DNA from: Monocercomonoides exilis PA203 | Taxonomy: Eukaryota > Protista > Preaxostyla | Assembly: GCA_001643675.2 (NCBI GenBank) | Contig: LSRY02000014.1 | Location: 1,302,001-1,366,000, forward strand | Length of the DNA: 64,000 nt | Reading direction: 5' to 3' | In this document: positions 12,674 through 24,700 of the stretch, piece by piece | Layout: each line of letters opens with the position of its first letter | How positions within the stretch are numbered: position 1 is the first letter of the stretch | Notes under the pieces: model-generated | What the model saw: the letters and a program-made list of their open reading frames with translations, nothing else | Told to the model about the DNA's origin: nothing | Databases searched by the model: none | Position numbers and translations under genes: made by a program

Positions 12674-12865
12674 GAATCTGACATGCAAAAATATGTATTT
12701 CATTCATTTTAAAAAAGTTCAAATGCTCGGAAAACATTTTCTCAAAGAAAACTTATTTCTAAAATTTGATTTTTTTTGTATCATTCCTTATGTGTGACAT
12801 TAAAAAAACAGATAACTTCCAAAATTGCTTTTTTTAATTCATATGAAATTTTTTTGTTTATAAAT

Positions 12866-13133
12866 GGGGAAAAATATTTTGCTTCATGCGTTTTCATAGA
12901 AAAATTATGAACATTTCATTGATTTTTTTATATCAAAAAACAAAATTATATGTGGTTCATTTTCTGAAATACGTGCGAAAACACTGAACATTATGTTGTG
13001 ATATAATTGATTCCTATTTACGGATATGAAAATCAAATTTGATTTGAAATCTGAGAAAGCTAAATATAGTTATGAGTGAAACAATTTTTCAATGCCTTGT
13101 GCAAAAAAAGCTTGAAAGTCAGTATTTTCCTTT
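12866..13133 (+). mobile_element. MITE family A, copy 2
   Basis: GGGGAAAAATATTTTGCTTCA...GCAAAAAAAGCTTGAAAGTCAGTATTTTCC. The 3' end is decayed and no TSD is intact. Confidence 0.8.
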
Positions 13134-13202
13134 ATCAATTAAAATTCAAACCGAAATATTAAACAAAAAAATATGAATTAAAAAACAATCACATAAGTAT
13201 TT

Positions 13203-13459
13203 AACAAATATGGCTAATTTTTTTTGAAAAGTTCCTTTTGTTTAATTTTCAAATAAGATAAAAATTTCATATTTCGATCAAATTTCTGTTCCCACTCATA
13301 AAATTTCACTGAAATGGAAACAGAACCTAAACAAAGTTATTATTTCCATTTCAGAAAAGTTTCGTGAGTGGGAACAGAAAATTGATAAAAATATGAAATT
13401 TTTATCTTATTTGAAAATTAAACAAAAGGAACTTTTCAAAAAAATTTAGACATATTGTT
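13203..13459. mobile_element. Foldback element family C, copy 1 (~115-bp arms, ~22-nt loop)
   Basis: The left arm TTGAAAAGTTCCTTTTGTTTAATTTTCAAATAAGATAAAAATTTCATATTT...GAAATGGAAA is the near reverse complement of 13343-13459. Confidence 0.85.
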
Positions 13460-13600
13460 CATTTTTAATACTTGAAAAACAAAACAAAGAATGTTGTTCA
13501 TTCAAAACATCAACCTTTTGCTTGAGATTTTTCAAAATTTATCATTCAATGAGTATTTTTTTGTATTGATTAGTTTGAACATTATAAAAATGTTTGTTAT

Positions 13601-13829
13601 CACATGTTCAAAATTTTCTGAAAAGTTCCTTTTGTTAAAATTTCAAATATAATAAATATTACATATTTCGATCAAATTTCTGCTTCCACTCACCAAATTT
13701 CATGAGAATGAATATATTATTCTTATCAAGAATTTGTTTTCATGACAGTGAAGTATTTTTTGTGGGAGCAGAAATTTGATCGAATATGACATTTTTTCTT
13801 TATTTGAAAATAAAACAAAAGGAACTTTT

Positions 13830-13840
<11 letters not shown>
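13601..13840. mobile_element. Foldback element family C, copy 2
   Basis: GAAAAGTTCCTTTTGTT...CATATTTCGATCAAATTTCTGCTTCCAC / GTGGGAGCAGAAATTTGATCGAATATG...AACAAAAGGAACTTTTC, followed by a ~40-nt poly-A. Confidence 0.8.
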
Positions 13841-13874
<34 letters not shown>

Positions 13875-14219
13875 CTTTGTTTCCTTTCTTTTTTCCTTTG
13901 AGATCAAGAAAGGTGAACAAAACACGAGGAAGTGTGATTTTTTAAAAAATCTTCAACATAAATCATTTGGAAAAAAATTAAAAATTAAAAATAACAATGT
14001 AAATTTTTGAATTCACAACAAAATATTACAAAAAATAAATAAGAATATATTTGATGAAATAATGTGATTATCAATTGCAATAAGTTACACATATTTTTTC
14101 TTTTTTGGAATGAAAGTAATATTTTTTTAAAAACAGAATTAGGATCAACTTCAAAAACAATTATTAAATTGATAATTTTTTGATGTGAAAAGCGATGTGA
14201 TCCAAGTATTACTATAAAT

Positions 14220-14743
14220 TCACTTTTCATTTTGTGAATTATCAGGTTTAATGCTCGAATTGAATTTGCTTTCAGCAGATGCACATAATTCTATAACATT
14301 GGCGTAATCTGACTTGTTTGCGGAAAGCAGCTCACGCTTTTGATTCACATTTTGCATTCAAAATATCGCAATATCAAACATAAAAAAAAATAAAAACATA
14401 ATAATTAAATCTTGAATGGCTAAAGAACAAAAAGAAACGAGAAACCTTTTTAGCTGTCTCAGTGAAACGTTTAAGTCCGGATGAATCAAACATCGGGATA
14501 AATGACTTTATTGCACCAAAACACGATTTCTTAAGGAATTGTTTCGAACGAAATTGGTTAAAACGTCAAAAACAGAAAAAAAAAATTATGAAAAAACGAT
14601 ATATTAATGCATCGTCAATGTAACAGATTGTTAAATAAACAAATGAAAATATACAAACCCTCACTTCTGGATTTGTATCATCAAGCAAAATGACAAGAGT
14701 ATCATCAACAGCTAAAGCATTGCTGACATAGTTCCGATCCATC

Positions 14744-14801
<58 letters not shown>

Positions 14802-17800
14802 AAAAAGAAAAAAAAATGCAATTCACAAGAAATCACCATTGATACACATGCATGACAAAACACATTCATTTTCAAAATGTGTATTCAAAAATTTCCATTT
14901 ATGCAACATAATGTAATAAATACCGAATGAAGAGCGATAAAATAAAAAATCACACCATCGGAAGAAGAACAGCAGTTGTGTCAAAAGCCACACATCGAAT
15001 AACATCTTTCTTGTCTTCAAATCTCTTCCAAAGGGATGTTTTCATTTCCTGTAATATTTCATCCTCTAAAAAAAAACAACAAATTGACATAAAATGACAA
15101 TATAGTTAATTAAATCAATAAAACAAATAAATGAATAGAATTACAAATAAACAAATAAAATAGTATTATTATTGTTTCTCTCTCTTTCACTTTTCTTCTT
15201 CTTCTTTCAGTTTTTCTTTCAAAAATCAATTCCTCATATTTTTTTTTTCTTTTTTAAATTCAACACACTAAAATGCACGTTTTTGATGATCTCATTTTGC
15301 GAATACATCAGCACAAGCTCAAGCATTCCCAGTGCCCCAAGGCGAATCCCATCCAAGTCGTCGTCCTCAAGCAGCGACGATATCCTCACCCACCACGACT
15401 CAATCTCAACCTCTGATCGACACAGCTCCACAGACTTCACAGCACCCCTCTCAGAAGCTACAACGGTTTCGCTTTGCTTCACTTCTTTCTCCAAATCCCC
15501 TTCTTTCTTTGCGCTGTCCTCTATCGCTTCTCCTTGCGCCAGTGCAATCGACAGCTTCAGTAGACGGTAGAAGAAAGTCACTACGAAGAACCGTATCTCA
15601 GCCTCGATGATTCCAATGCGCCACTTCGTGTTGTCGACAAACAGCGACGAAAACAGCTGCTGCAGAAACGGCACAAACAGCTTCAGCTGCTGATAGTCGC
15701 AGGAGATGAAGAAGCATGTCTCCCAGAACGACCGCCGCACCGCTGGCGCCGAAGCCTCTCTCCGCAGCACACTCCCCAAAAACGGGAGAAGATGCGGAAG
15801 CAGCGCTGGCAGATACAACACCCCCGCACGTCTGATGATCTGCTGTGTGTGGCGAAGCGCTTGTGTGTTTTCCTTCAAGAGACAGGTGTGCAGTTGCCCA
15901 GACGATAAAGAAGCAGGCAATGCCGAGAAATCCTTCAGTGGGTCAGCAGATGAGGTGATTTCTGCCCACAGCGAAGGCATCGACTCCTTTATGACAGCGT
16001 CCAAGCACCGCAAGAACAGATCGCCGACAAACGACGAGCCGTTTGCCCGGCTGATGGTAGTGACGAACGACTCAAAGACACGACGCTTCACGAATTCCTC
16101 CTCCTTCGGGTGCTGAAGATGCCCCATCTGCCTGCTCCTCTCTTCCAACTCAACAGACAGCACATAATCTTCCCACGCTGTCAAATGCAGAAGGAGATCA
16201 AACAGCTCCAGCGCATCGTTGAACGCCATGCTTCCTTCAGTCTTCTCATTGAGAATGGCCACGGACTCAAATGACTGCTCGAGCATTCTCTCTTCCTCCA
16301 CACTCAGAACAGTAGCATTTCGCAGCTGGCTCAGTCTGGCAGCCGCAGCGCGAGAGAGCGACGAAGTGGATGAGGCGTGTGCCGGATTGGTGAAGAAGGA
16401 AGCGGATGAAGTGAGAGTCATCTGCGGGGCCAGGGCAGTCGTCATCGATGGGCGGGCAGGGGCAGCTGTGCTGGGATCGTCGTTGTCGCTGTTGTGAAGC
16501 TCCCCAACGATATCGATAATGGCCTCTTTCAGTCTGCTCAGCAGGAAGCGGAATGGATTTACTGAGTGTGAAAAGCGCTTAGTGATGACAGAGGAGGAGG
16601 AGGAGGAGGAAGAAGAAGAAGAAGAAGATGATGATGATGATGAAGGTGTGCAAGAACTGGAAGCTGAGGTCTCTTCTGAATCTGCTGAGATTTCAGTCTC
16701 TTCTTTTTCTTTTGCTTTTTCTATTTCTTCATTCTCTCCCGTTTGCTGCACAGAATTCAACCACCTTTCCTTTGGCGAGTGTCTTATGATTGCGATCATC
16801 GTCTCCATCTCCATTTTCTTGCGTGTGTCGTCAATGAGAAGTGGAAGATACGACTCCGGCGCAAAAAACAGGCCGATCAGCGTGCAGCAGTCGCTTCCGC
16901 TGTGGAAGTCCTTCCGTTTTGGTACCTCTTTCATTGCCTCGCAGAGAATGGCCATGATTTCGCCCAGCCGCATCGTGAGGTGCTCGTCTCCGAAGAGAAT
17001 AACATACTTCAGCTGGCTCATAGCGTGTTCGCGCCGCGTCTCGTCAGGCGTCTTCATCTCTTCCTTCACAGCGCTGATGACTTCGTCGGTGAATGCCCGC
17101 ACAGCAAAACGGCTTTCCACAGGCGGGCGAGAGGTGTATGGAGCGATCAAGTTGAGTGGGTGTGGGTTTGAAGCAGATTTTGAATTGAGGTGAGATATCG
17201 AGGAGGAGGAAGAAGAAGAAGAAGAAGATGATGATGATGAAGCGGAGGCTGATGAACGTGTTTGAGAAGGAAACAGTATTTTCTGTGGTTTTGGCTTTGA
17301 TGAGCCAAAGGGAGCTGTCATTGGAGTAACAACAGATTTGGCCTTTTCAGCCTCTTTCACAAGAACAGTCCAGGCTTCTTCAACAAGCGGTGCTGACTCC
17401 AAAAGCGAAGGCGCTCTTTCTAATCTCTTTTCATCTGCAATGTACTGTTCTCCCCAGCGTTTGATTATGTCAACAGCTTTTTCTGTGTATTATGAGAAAT
17501 TGAATCAAATAAAAAAACAAACGATAAAATTAGGAAAACAACACAAATGTACAAAAAGCACTTGTTGATTTAATCAATAATCTCTAAAATGAATAACACA
17601 AAAATAGCACATAAAAATCATTCCCTTTTGAACAAACTTTGAATTTCTGGTATGTTATCCCCAAGCAACGAAAGGAGTGGAGCAGTAAATATCTTTGCAT
17701 ATAAATGCCGATCCATAATTGTACAAAGACAGGTTTCAATAAGTTCTGCAGTTTTCATTCGTGTCATCCAATTCGAATCATATGCCAAAAGAGCAATTTG

Positions 17801-18630
17801 CGACTTCAGCTTCAATCCTATCTCTTCATCATATGCTTGATTATTCTTAACCATCACTCCAATGCTTTCAAGCGCTTCAACTTTGACAGCTGCCTTTGCT
17901 TGACCTGATCTTAAAATTCCGTGCAATTGGTTAAAAATCAAATGAAGTCCGGTTTCTTCAAAAGCCAAGCGAGATAACAAAATGTTTGACATATGGCATG
18001 CAGCCTTTTCCAAAAAGTGTTGATTTTGTTCATAAAAATTTTCATTCACAAAAGCACAACAAACCTTTTTAACTTCAACTTCTTTGTTTATTGCACAAAA
18101 GCCAACAAATTCCATGAGATCTTTCACCATTGACGCAAGCTCATCATCACTACAAAGCTTCGCAACTTCAACCATCATCACTGCTTCATTCTTCTGTTCG
18201 TCTGTAATGTGATAATCGCTATCTTTCATTTTTTCTTTAAAAACAGGCATTAAAATTGTAGCTAATCCATTACAATACAAATGACATTCAACAATTAATA
18301 TGTATAATATATTCCGCACTAAATCGCTCCATATAAATCCATTTTTTGATTGTAACAATAGTGCAGAACAGTTTTTCATAAAAGTTAGAATCAGCACATT
18401 TCCTTCCGTTTCTTCAAAAATAACAAACATATTTCGTTGCTCAGTTGTTAGTTTTATATATTTCTTTAGTTTTATATATTTTTTAAAAATTATACAAAAA
18501 TATAAGCAAAGAAAACGGTTCAAACATTTAATTCAGAAAAAATTGCTTCCAGCTTTTTCTTTAAAACACTCTTATTTGCCGGATCGAAAGAAATATGTTC
18601 ATCGCCTCGTTTTATAATTGGCGTTGCCAT
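14220..18630 (-). CDS. DNAAF5: HEAT-repeat protein, probable dynein axonemal assembly factor 5 (HEATR2); ~1167 aa, 7 predicted exons
   Basis: Phase-consistent exons 18630-18526, 18439-17638, 17482-15279, 15063-14956, 14742-14659, 14529-14446, 14336-14220. Motifs recalling HEATR2 occur in order: 'LLSLLGDNIPEIQ..KRWGEQY', 'CCTLIGLFFAPESYLPLL', 'KWRIG..AEIR', 'LWKRFEDKKDVIR', 'LVILLDDTNPEVR'. Poly-Ser insertions are present. Confidence 0.65.
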
Positions 18631-18736
18631 GTAAGTTATTCGGTTGCTCTTAATAAATAATTATTATATTTCAACCCTTTTATCGGCAATACTAAATTAA
18701 AGGCAGTTTGATCTTATCTTTTTAGAAAGAGATCTC
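18631..18736. promoter_or_regulatory. Probable bidirectional promoter / 5' UTRs
   Basis: Only 106 bp separate the inferred divergent ATGs at 18630 (-) and 18737 (+). Confidence 0.6.
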
Positions 18737-21700
18737 ATGGATATCACATTCCTTGATCTCGATTTTTTCTTTGAAGATGTCAACAAATTAGTCTTACGAT
18801 TATTTAGAAGGCTTCCAACTGATGTTTGCTTTTTTCTCTTCAATTTTTGATTTCATGTCGAAAAACTCGTTTTTCTATGAATGCAGCCTCAAAGACTAGA
18901 CAATCGTTGGCTATTTCCTCTCCGTTCTAGTGAAGAATTTTTGCGCGCTGTTTTGAGTTTATGTCAGCGTGCTGAAGCCAATTATGCATCGGTGATTATC
19001 CACCTTTGTGCACTTTATCCTAAAAACTTCGAGAGTCTTGTAACTATTTTGAAGGATAATGTCATGTTTCTACCTTTATATGCAATTGATTTGAAAGGAG
19101 TTGGAGCTCAAGCAGCTTTGGTATGTTGAATTTCAAATCTTCATTAATATTTTAATTTTTTGTTGCAATAAAACAGTACTACACTTTCTGCCACATCATA
19201 ATTGATACATTAGTTTCAGTTCTTGATTTACCACTTTTCCAATATGCCGATTTAAAGCTGTCGGAATTCGTATCAGATTTTGTTAAATCATTTTTTGAAG
19301 AACCTCCATTTCTATTGTTTGCTTATAAAGATTATATAGCTGGAATCTTTAATTTGTTTATCGTTAATTTATCATTTAGCACTTCCGAACCGGCGTTGCA
19401 GCTATTTAGTGAAAAAGCCAATGAAGAACTTTCACTTCAAATTGGAGGAACAATGAACAATCTTTTAACACGCAAATACTTGTATGCTTTTTAATTCACA
19501 TAGGTTAACTTATGATATGAACATTCATGATTTTCTTTTTATTTTCTTGTTTATAACTTCATTTTCAAATGGAACAGTATCACTGATCTTCTCTTTTTAT
19601 CAGTGAATCATATCGAGCTTGGCTTTCCCGATAGGAGAGCTGCCTTAAAACAAGGAGCAGTTGTTGCTACAGCAAAGCCCGAAAAAGGTAAAGACAAAAA
19701 GAAGAAAGGCCAAGAAAAGGCTGCTGAGTCTGCACCAACACCTGATCTTATGGGGCCAGATGCCGAGAAAGACAAGCCAACACCTCTGTCTATTGTTGCA
19801 GCATCTCCCTTTCCAGTTAGATTTCTTATTGCATCGACAAAGATGCGATGGGAGCTTATTGAAGACACTGATCTATTGAAACCTCTCGTAAGGAAGTTTC
19901 AAGAAAGAGTATGTCATAATAAAACAAACAATAATCTTCAACTCTTTTAATGTTTTGCTCAATTTTTGTTTTCAAATGTATTAAATATTTGTATTTTTAT
20001 CAATCCTTTTTTCAATTTTCCCTAATTATTCAACATTTTTCCTCATGTTATTTATCTTTATTAACTTCAGCTCTCAAAAGATCCATCAGTCTGGATGGCG
20101 TGTCTTCCGCATCATCTCAACTATTTCTTTGTCACAGCTGCCAATTTATTTGCCAGAGTGAATCTCACTCTGCTTTTAGGAGAAGGATACGTGTGCATTC
20201 TTTTTTGTTATTATTATTATTGTTGTTATAATTCTCATTAATAATTTAATCCATTTTTCATTCAAATTTCTTCTTCTTTCACGCAATTATTTCGATTCCA
20301 TCCAAAAAATGAATTTTTTATTAATTTATTTTCAAAATAAAACAAAACAGCCGGAAAAACTATACTCAACCGTCTTCTCCCGCAATATGTCCTTCCAGCA
20401 CCACGAGGCCTACCTGCTTCTGCTGGCCACTCTCTTCACAAAGCAGAAGCTCGATTCACAGCAAAAGGAGATCAACGCCTTCATCGACGTGGTTGAGGCA
20501 GTCGCCACGATGAAAGGCAAGATCCGCTCAAAGAAGGAGTCTGAAGCAGACAAAGATCTGGTGGCGCGGATGAAAGTGAAGATGGACAAGAAATACTCAG
20601 GCCTCTCAAAGGGAAGCGTGGGAGGTGCTGCAGCCGGCGACGCAGCTAATCAGAACGCAAATGCCAATCCAAACCAGAACCAGAATCAGAACCAGAATGC
20701 TAACCCCAATCCAAATGCAGATGCCAATGCGAATGCGAATGCTGCCACAGCAGCTGGAGCCGAAGGAGCAGCACAAACAGGACAAGCAGCTGGTTCTCAG
20801 CCACAGACACAGGCACAGCAACAACAGCAAGCACCACAACCACTTCAACCAGAGAAAGAGAAGGAGAAAGGAAGAGTTGAGAGAGGGAAAGGGCTGATAG
20901 TGATGCGGGGGGTGTGGATCGACGAGGAAGAGCAGAGCGAAGAAGAAGAGGCGATGGTGAATGTGGTTGCATACGAGGCGCTTTCCATTGCTCTTTTGGG
21001 AACAGCTCCGTTTGAGTCATCGCCTTGGGTGGCGTTCCGGCCAACAGGCGCTCAAGCTCCTTCTCCTTCATCATCAACCACGTCTCATTCACCTTTCCCT
21101 GGAATCTACTCCTCTCTCACGTCACTCAACACACACGCACTTACAACCACCCACTCCGCCTCTCGCTCTTCTTTTGCATCGACTGCGATGCCGTTCATCA
21201 ACACGATCACTCCGCCGTCTTTGTTTCAGCGGGGATTTGCAACGTCCTTTGCGTCTTCGTGCATCGGCGTCGGGGGAGGTGTCATGCCGCGTATTTCGCA
21301 CCACACGCTCAACCGCATCTGCGACGAGATGTTCCTGCAGAAGAACTTCGACCACCCGAACATGCACGCCGTCATCGCGCCCATGGCTCGCCTGATGGCT
21401 GTGATTGCTCTTTTGGACTTGTCCATCTTCAGCCGCAGCCTGCTGCTCCCCATCGTCACTGTCATCTCCTCTGGCCATTCCTCTCCCATCAAGTGGCTCA
21501 ACCGCAACGAGTCGAGCCGGAAGAAGAAGCAGTTCTATTTGGGAGTGCACGAGGGGAGGTACAAGCTGATGGGCCATGTGCTGATGAAGTGCATGCGGTA
21601 CATGCTGAACCCGGCGTTTGGATGGTTCGATGCATGGCTGGAGACTTCTCCATTGGTGTCTCCATCGTCTTCGTCCATCCTCCACAAGATGCTGTCTGCC

Positions 21701-24700
21701 TCTTCGTCTTCGTCTGCACAGCAGGTGTATTCTTCTTCAGCTGCCAATGCTGCGCTGATGCAGGCAGTGAATGCAGAGATGCGGAAGACGATGGCTTTGC
21801 TGCCTGGAACAGATGATTTGGAAGGAGACAAGCTGAAACCAAAGGCGAATGAAGGTGAGCAAGGAGAAGAAGGGAGCAGCTCAAGCAGTTCGAGCAATGA
21901 GCATCAGGAAGATGAGCGCAGGATCCATGGATCAGGGAGAGGGAAGAGTGAGAAGCAAAGAGAGAGAGAAGAAAGAGAAGAGAAAAATGCGATGCTGACA
22001 GACAGTGTGTTCAATGTGCTGATGGAGTCAGCCACGCTCACATCTCCTTCCCCATCCGCCACATCAACTGAGACACTGGCGAAGTCAACCGCCGCCTCAT
22101 CCACTGTCTACATGAAGCGGGAGCTGAATGCAGCCAGCGCTGTGCCTGTGATCAACGCAATCGGACACAACTTCCCGCCGTCTCTGTCTTCAGACCCAAG
22201 CGTACTCACTGCCAACTCTTTCCTTCATGCCGACCATGCACACAAGAGAGCAGTGTTTGCTGGTTATGTGGAGTCTGTTCTGATCCCGTCGCTGACACGA
22301 ATTGCTGCTAAATGTGATGATGAAGTTGGGCTGCTGCGGTGTGGCTTTGCGACAACTGAGCCGTCGCCAACAGAGCTGGCTCCGTTCATCATTGCTTCCA
22401 ATTCAGCGCATGCAGCTTATCCGTCGGTAGCTTCATACAACCACCAGCTGTCACACACACAGACAGACACGTCAGCTGTGTGGTATGCTGCTTCATTTGA
22501 GCCAAAGGGTGTCTTTTCGCTCTCATTCACACAGCGTTTCACGTCGTATCAGGGCACCTTCAGATCAACAGACATCACTGGAGTCACAGGTGGGACTGGG
22601 GTTGGAGCGTCAGCATCAGCTGCTCCTGTCCCATTTTCCTTCATTGCATCACTAGCATCAACCAAGTTTCTGTCAAAGGAAACCTCATCTTCTTTGTTTT
22701 CAAAAGGTGACCACGATTTTGGGAGCGAAGTGGAGAATGAGCGGAGGCTGGTGGCTGCTTTATCAACAGTCATGGCTCGTTCTTATCTTTCGTCTGGCTA
22801 TTCAATATATGCATCAGCAGAAGCATCAGCTGCTCGAGACGAGCTGGGTGTGTTTCCCCACACGACGCTGTTTGATCTCCCGCAGCTGGTGAAGTCACGG
22901 ACACGGCAGATGTTCCGCATTGGCGACGGCACAAACACAGCGCTTTCTGCAGCGACTACAAGAGACCTGGAAGAGGAGATGGACGATGATGACTTAACGT
23001 TCGCACAGGCCATCATTGGCTTTGCGCACGGTGACTTGGAAGCCGGAACAGCGAAGAAGCGGGAGGCAGTGGCGAAGGAGGACGAAGTCGATTTGGCGAT
23101 TGAGAAGATGCCGGGCACAGGAGACTTGGGTGAGATGATGGGCACAACACCCAGGGAGCTTGTGACATCCACAGCACTTGCATCACGCAGGTTATCAAAG
23201 GCGATCCGGACAGCAGAAGAAATGATGGTGGAGAAGCTGAAGCTGAGGATCGATAGAGAGGCACGCATCTGGCTGCTGCTGAGGGACACTGAAATCCCAA
23301 CATTTTCGCTCAGTTCGCAGAAGAACAAGATGGAAATGAGAAGACACAAGTCGAGCAACACCTCAGCCAATGCGCAGAACAAAAAGGGAGCACCTACTGC
23401 TTCGTTCAGGTCGACAGACAGAGGAAGATTGCCTGAAGGAGCACTTGAATTGAATGATGAGAGAGAATTGCTGTATGACGCATCAGAAGCACTTCAGGGA
23501 GTGGATGGCCTGTGGGCAGCTGGGTCGCTGGATGAGATGATCGACTCGTCAGATATTGCACAGACGAACAGGATATGGACAGAATCTGGGTTAAGAGAGT
23601 CGAGAATGATGAAGGATGAGCACAAAATGAAGAGAGAAAAGGAGAAAGAGCAGAAAGACGCATCGGCTTCTGCTTCAGCCTCATCATCGAGCTCCTCTTC
23701 ATCATCCAGTTCTGAGTATGGAGGAAACGACAATGCAATAGCTGTTCCTCAGCAGCTTTTGTCGCCTGAAGCTGAAATTGTGCTTATCAGACAGCGTTTG
23801 ACAGGCGGAGAAGATTCACCTGCTGCAGACCTGTTGGCCATTCTGATATACGAAAGGACACAAGAAATCATCGAAATCAGAGAGCTCGAAAAGATGCAGA
23901 ACAAAGTCTCCTTACATACAAGCGCAATGGGATCATCTGCATCTGCTTCTTCTTTCTCTTCTTCCTCTTCCTCTTCCTCATCTTCATCCGCATCATCTGT
24001 GGGCATACTCACCCTCCCTTCAACAGACCGGAAATTCTCTCGTGTTCTTAACTCCAGATTCTTCTCTTCTCCTCTTTTCTCCCACTCGCTCGTCACACTC
24101 TGGTCTGCTATGGCCAAAGAGAGAGGCACACCTTCCGTCGAAGCTGTGCTGATGTCTTCATCGGCCTCTTCCTCCACCACATCCCTCGCCTTCGACGTTG
24201 TTTCCGCTGCTGCTGCTTCGACCTCAAATTCTGGATCTTCTGCCTCTGCCCCACAAGAAGAATACGCCCGCATTGCACTCGAAGGCACAGCAGAGGCCTG
24301 CTCACTGCTTGCCCGTTTAGCCGGCCAGCTCCGCCACAACATCAACGACGTTGCTTCGCAGCAGCTGGCTGTGGTGTCACCCGAAGCTGCGGAGTACTCC
24401 ACTGCTCTGGCTTCTGTTGGAAGCGCCTCCGCCGCCACAGGCACAGTCGCGTCACAGGGAATGGCAAGAGCTTCGTATTTCCCGTCAAACAGACAGACCT
24501 TCCGCTTTGCATCTTCAGCTGCAGCAGGCGCGGCAGGAGGCACAATGACATTGAATGTGGGAACGATGACATCAACAATGGGAGACGACAGCTCAGCCTT
24601 TGTCGATCCAACATTGACGTTTGTACTCGATTTGTTCGATTCGAAGACGCTTTCCTCGCTTCGCCTGGCGCCTTCAACGCTGATGGAGGAATGGGATATG

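Noticed and set aside
12367-12712. Poly-Lys / poly-Phe ORFs
   Set aside because: Translation of a T-rich low-complexity tract.
20309-20350. ORF-track start of the 8637-aa protein
   Set aside because: It lies in AT-rich intron sequence before the CAG acceptor at 20350; upstream exons chain in phase to ATG 18737.
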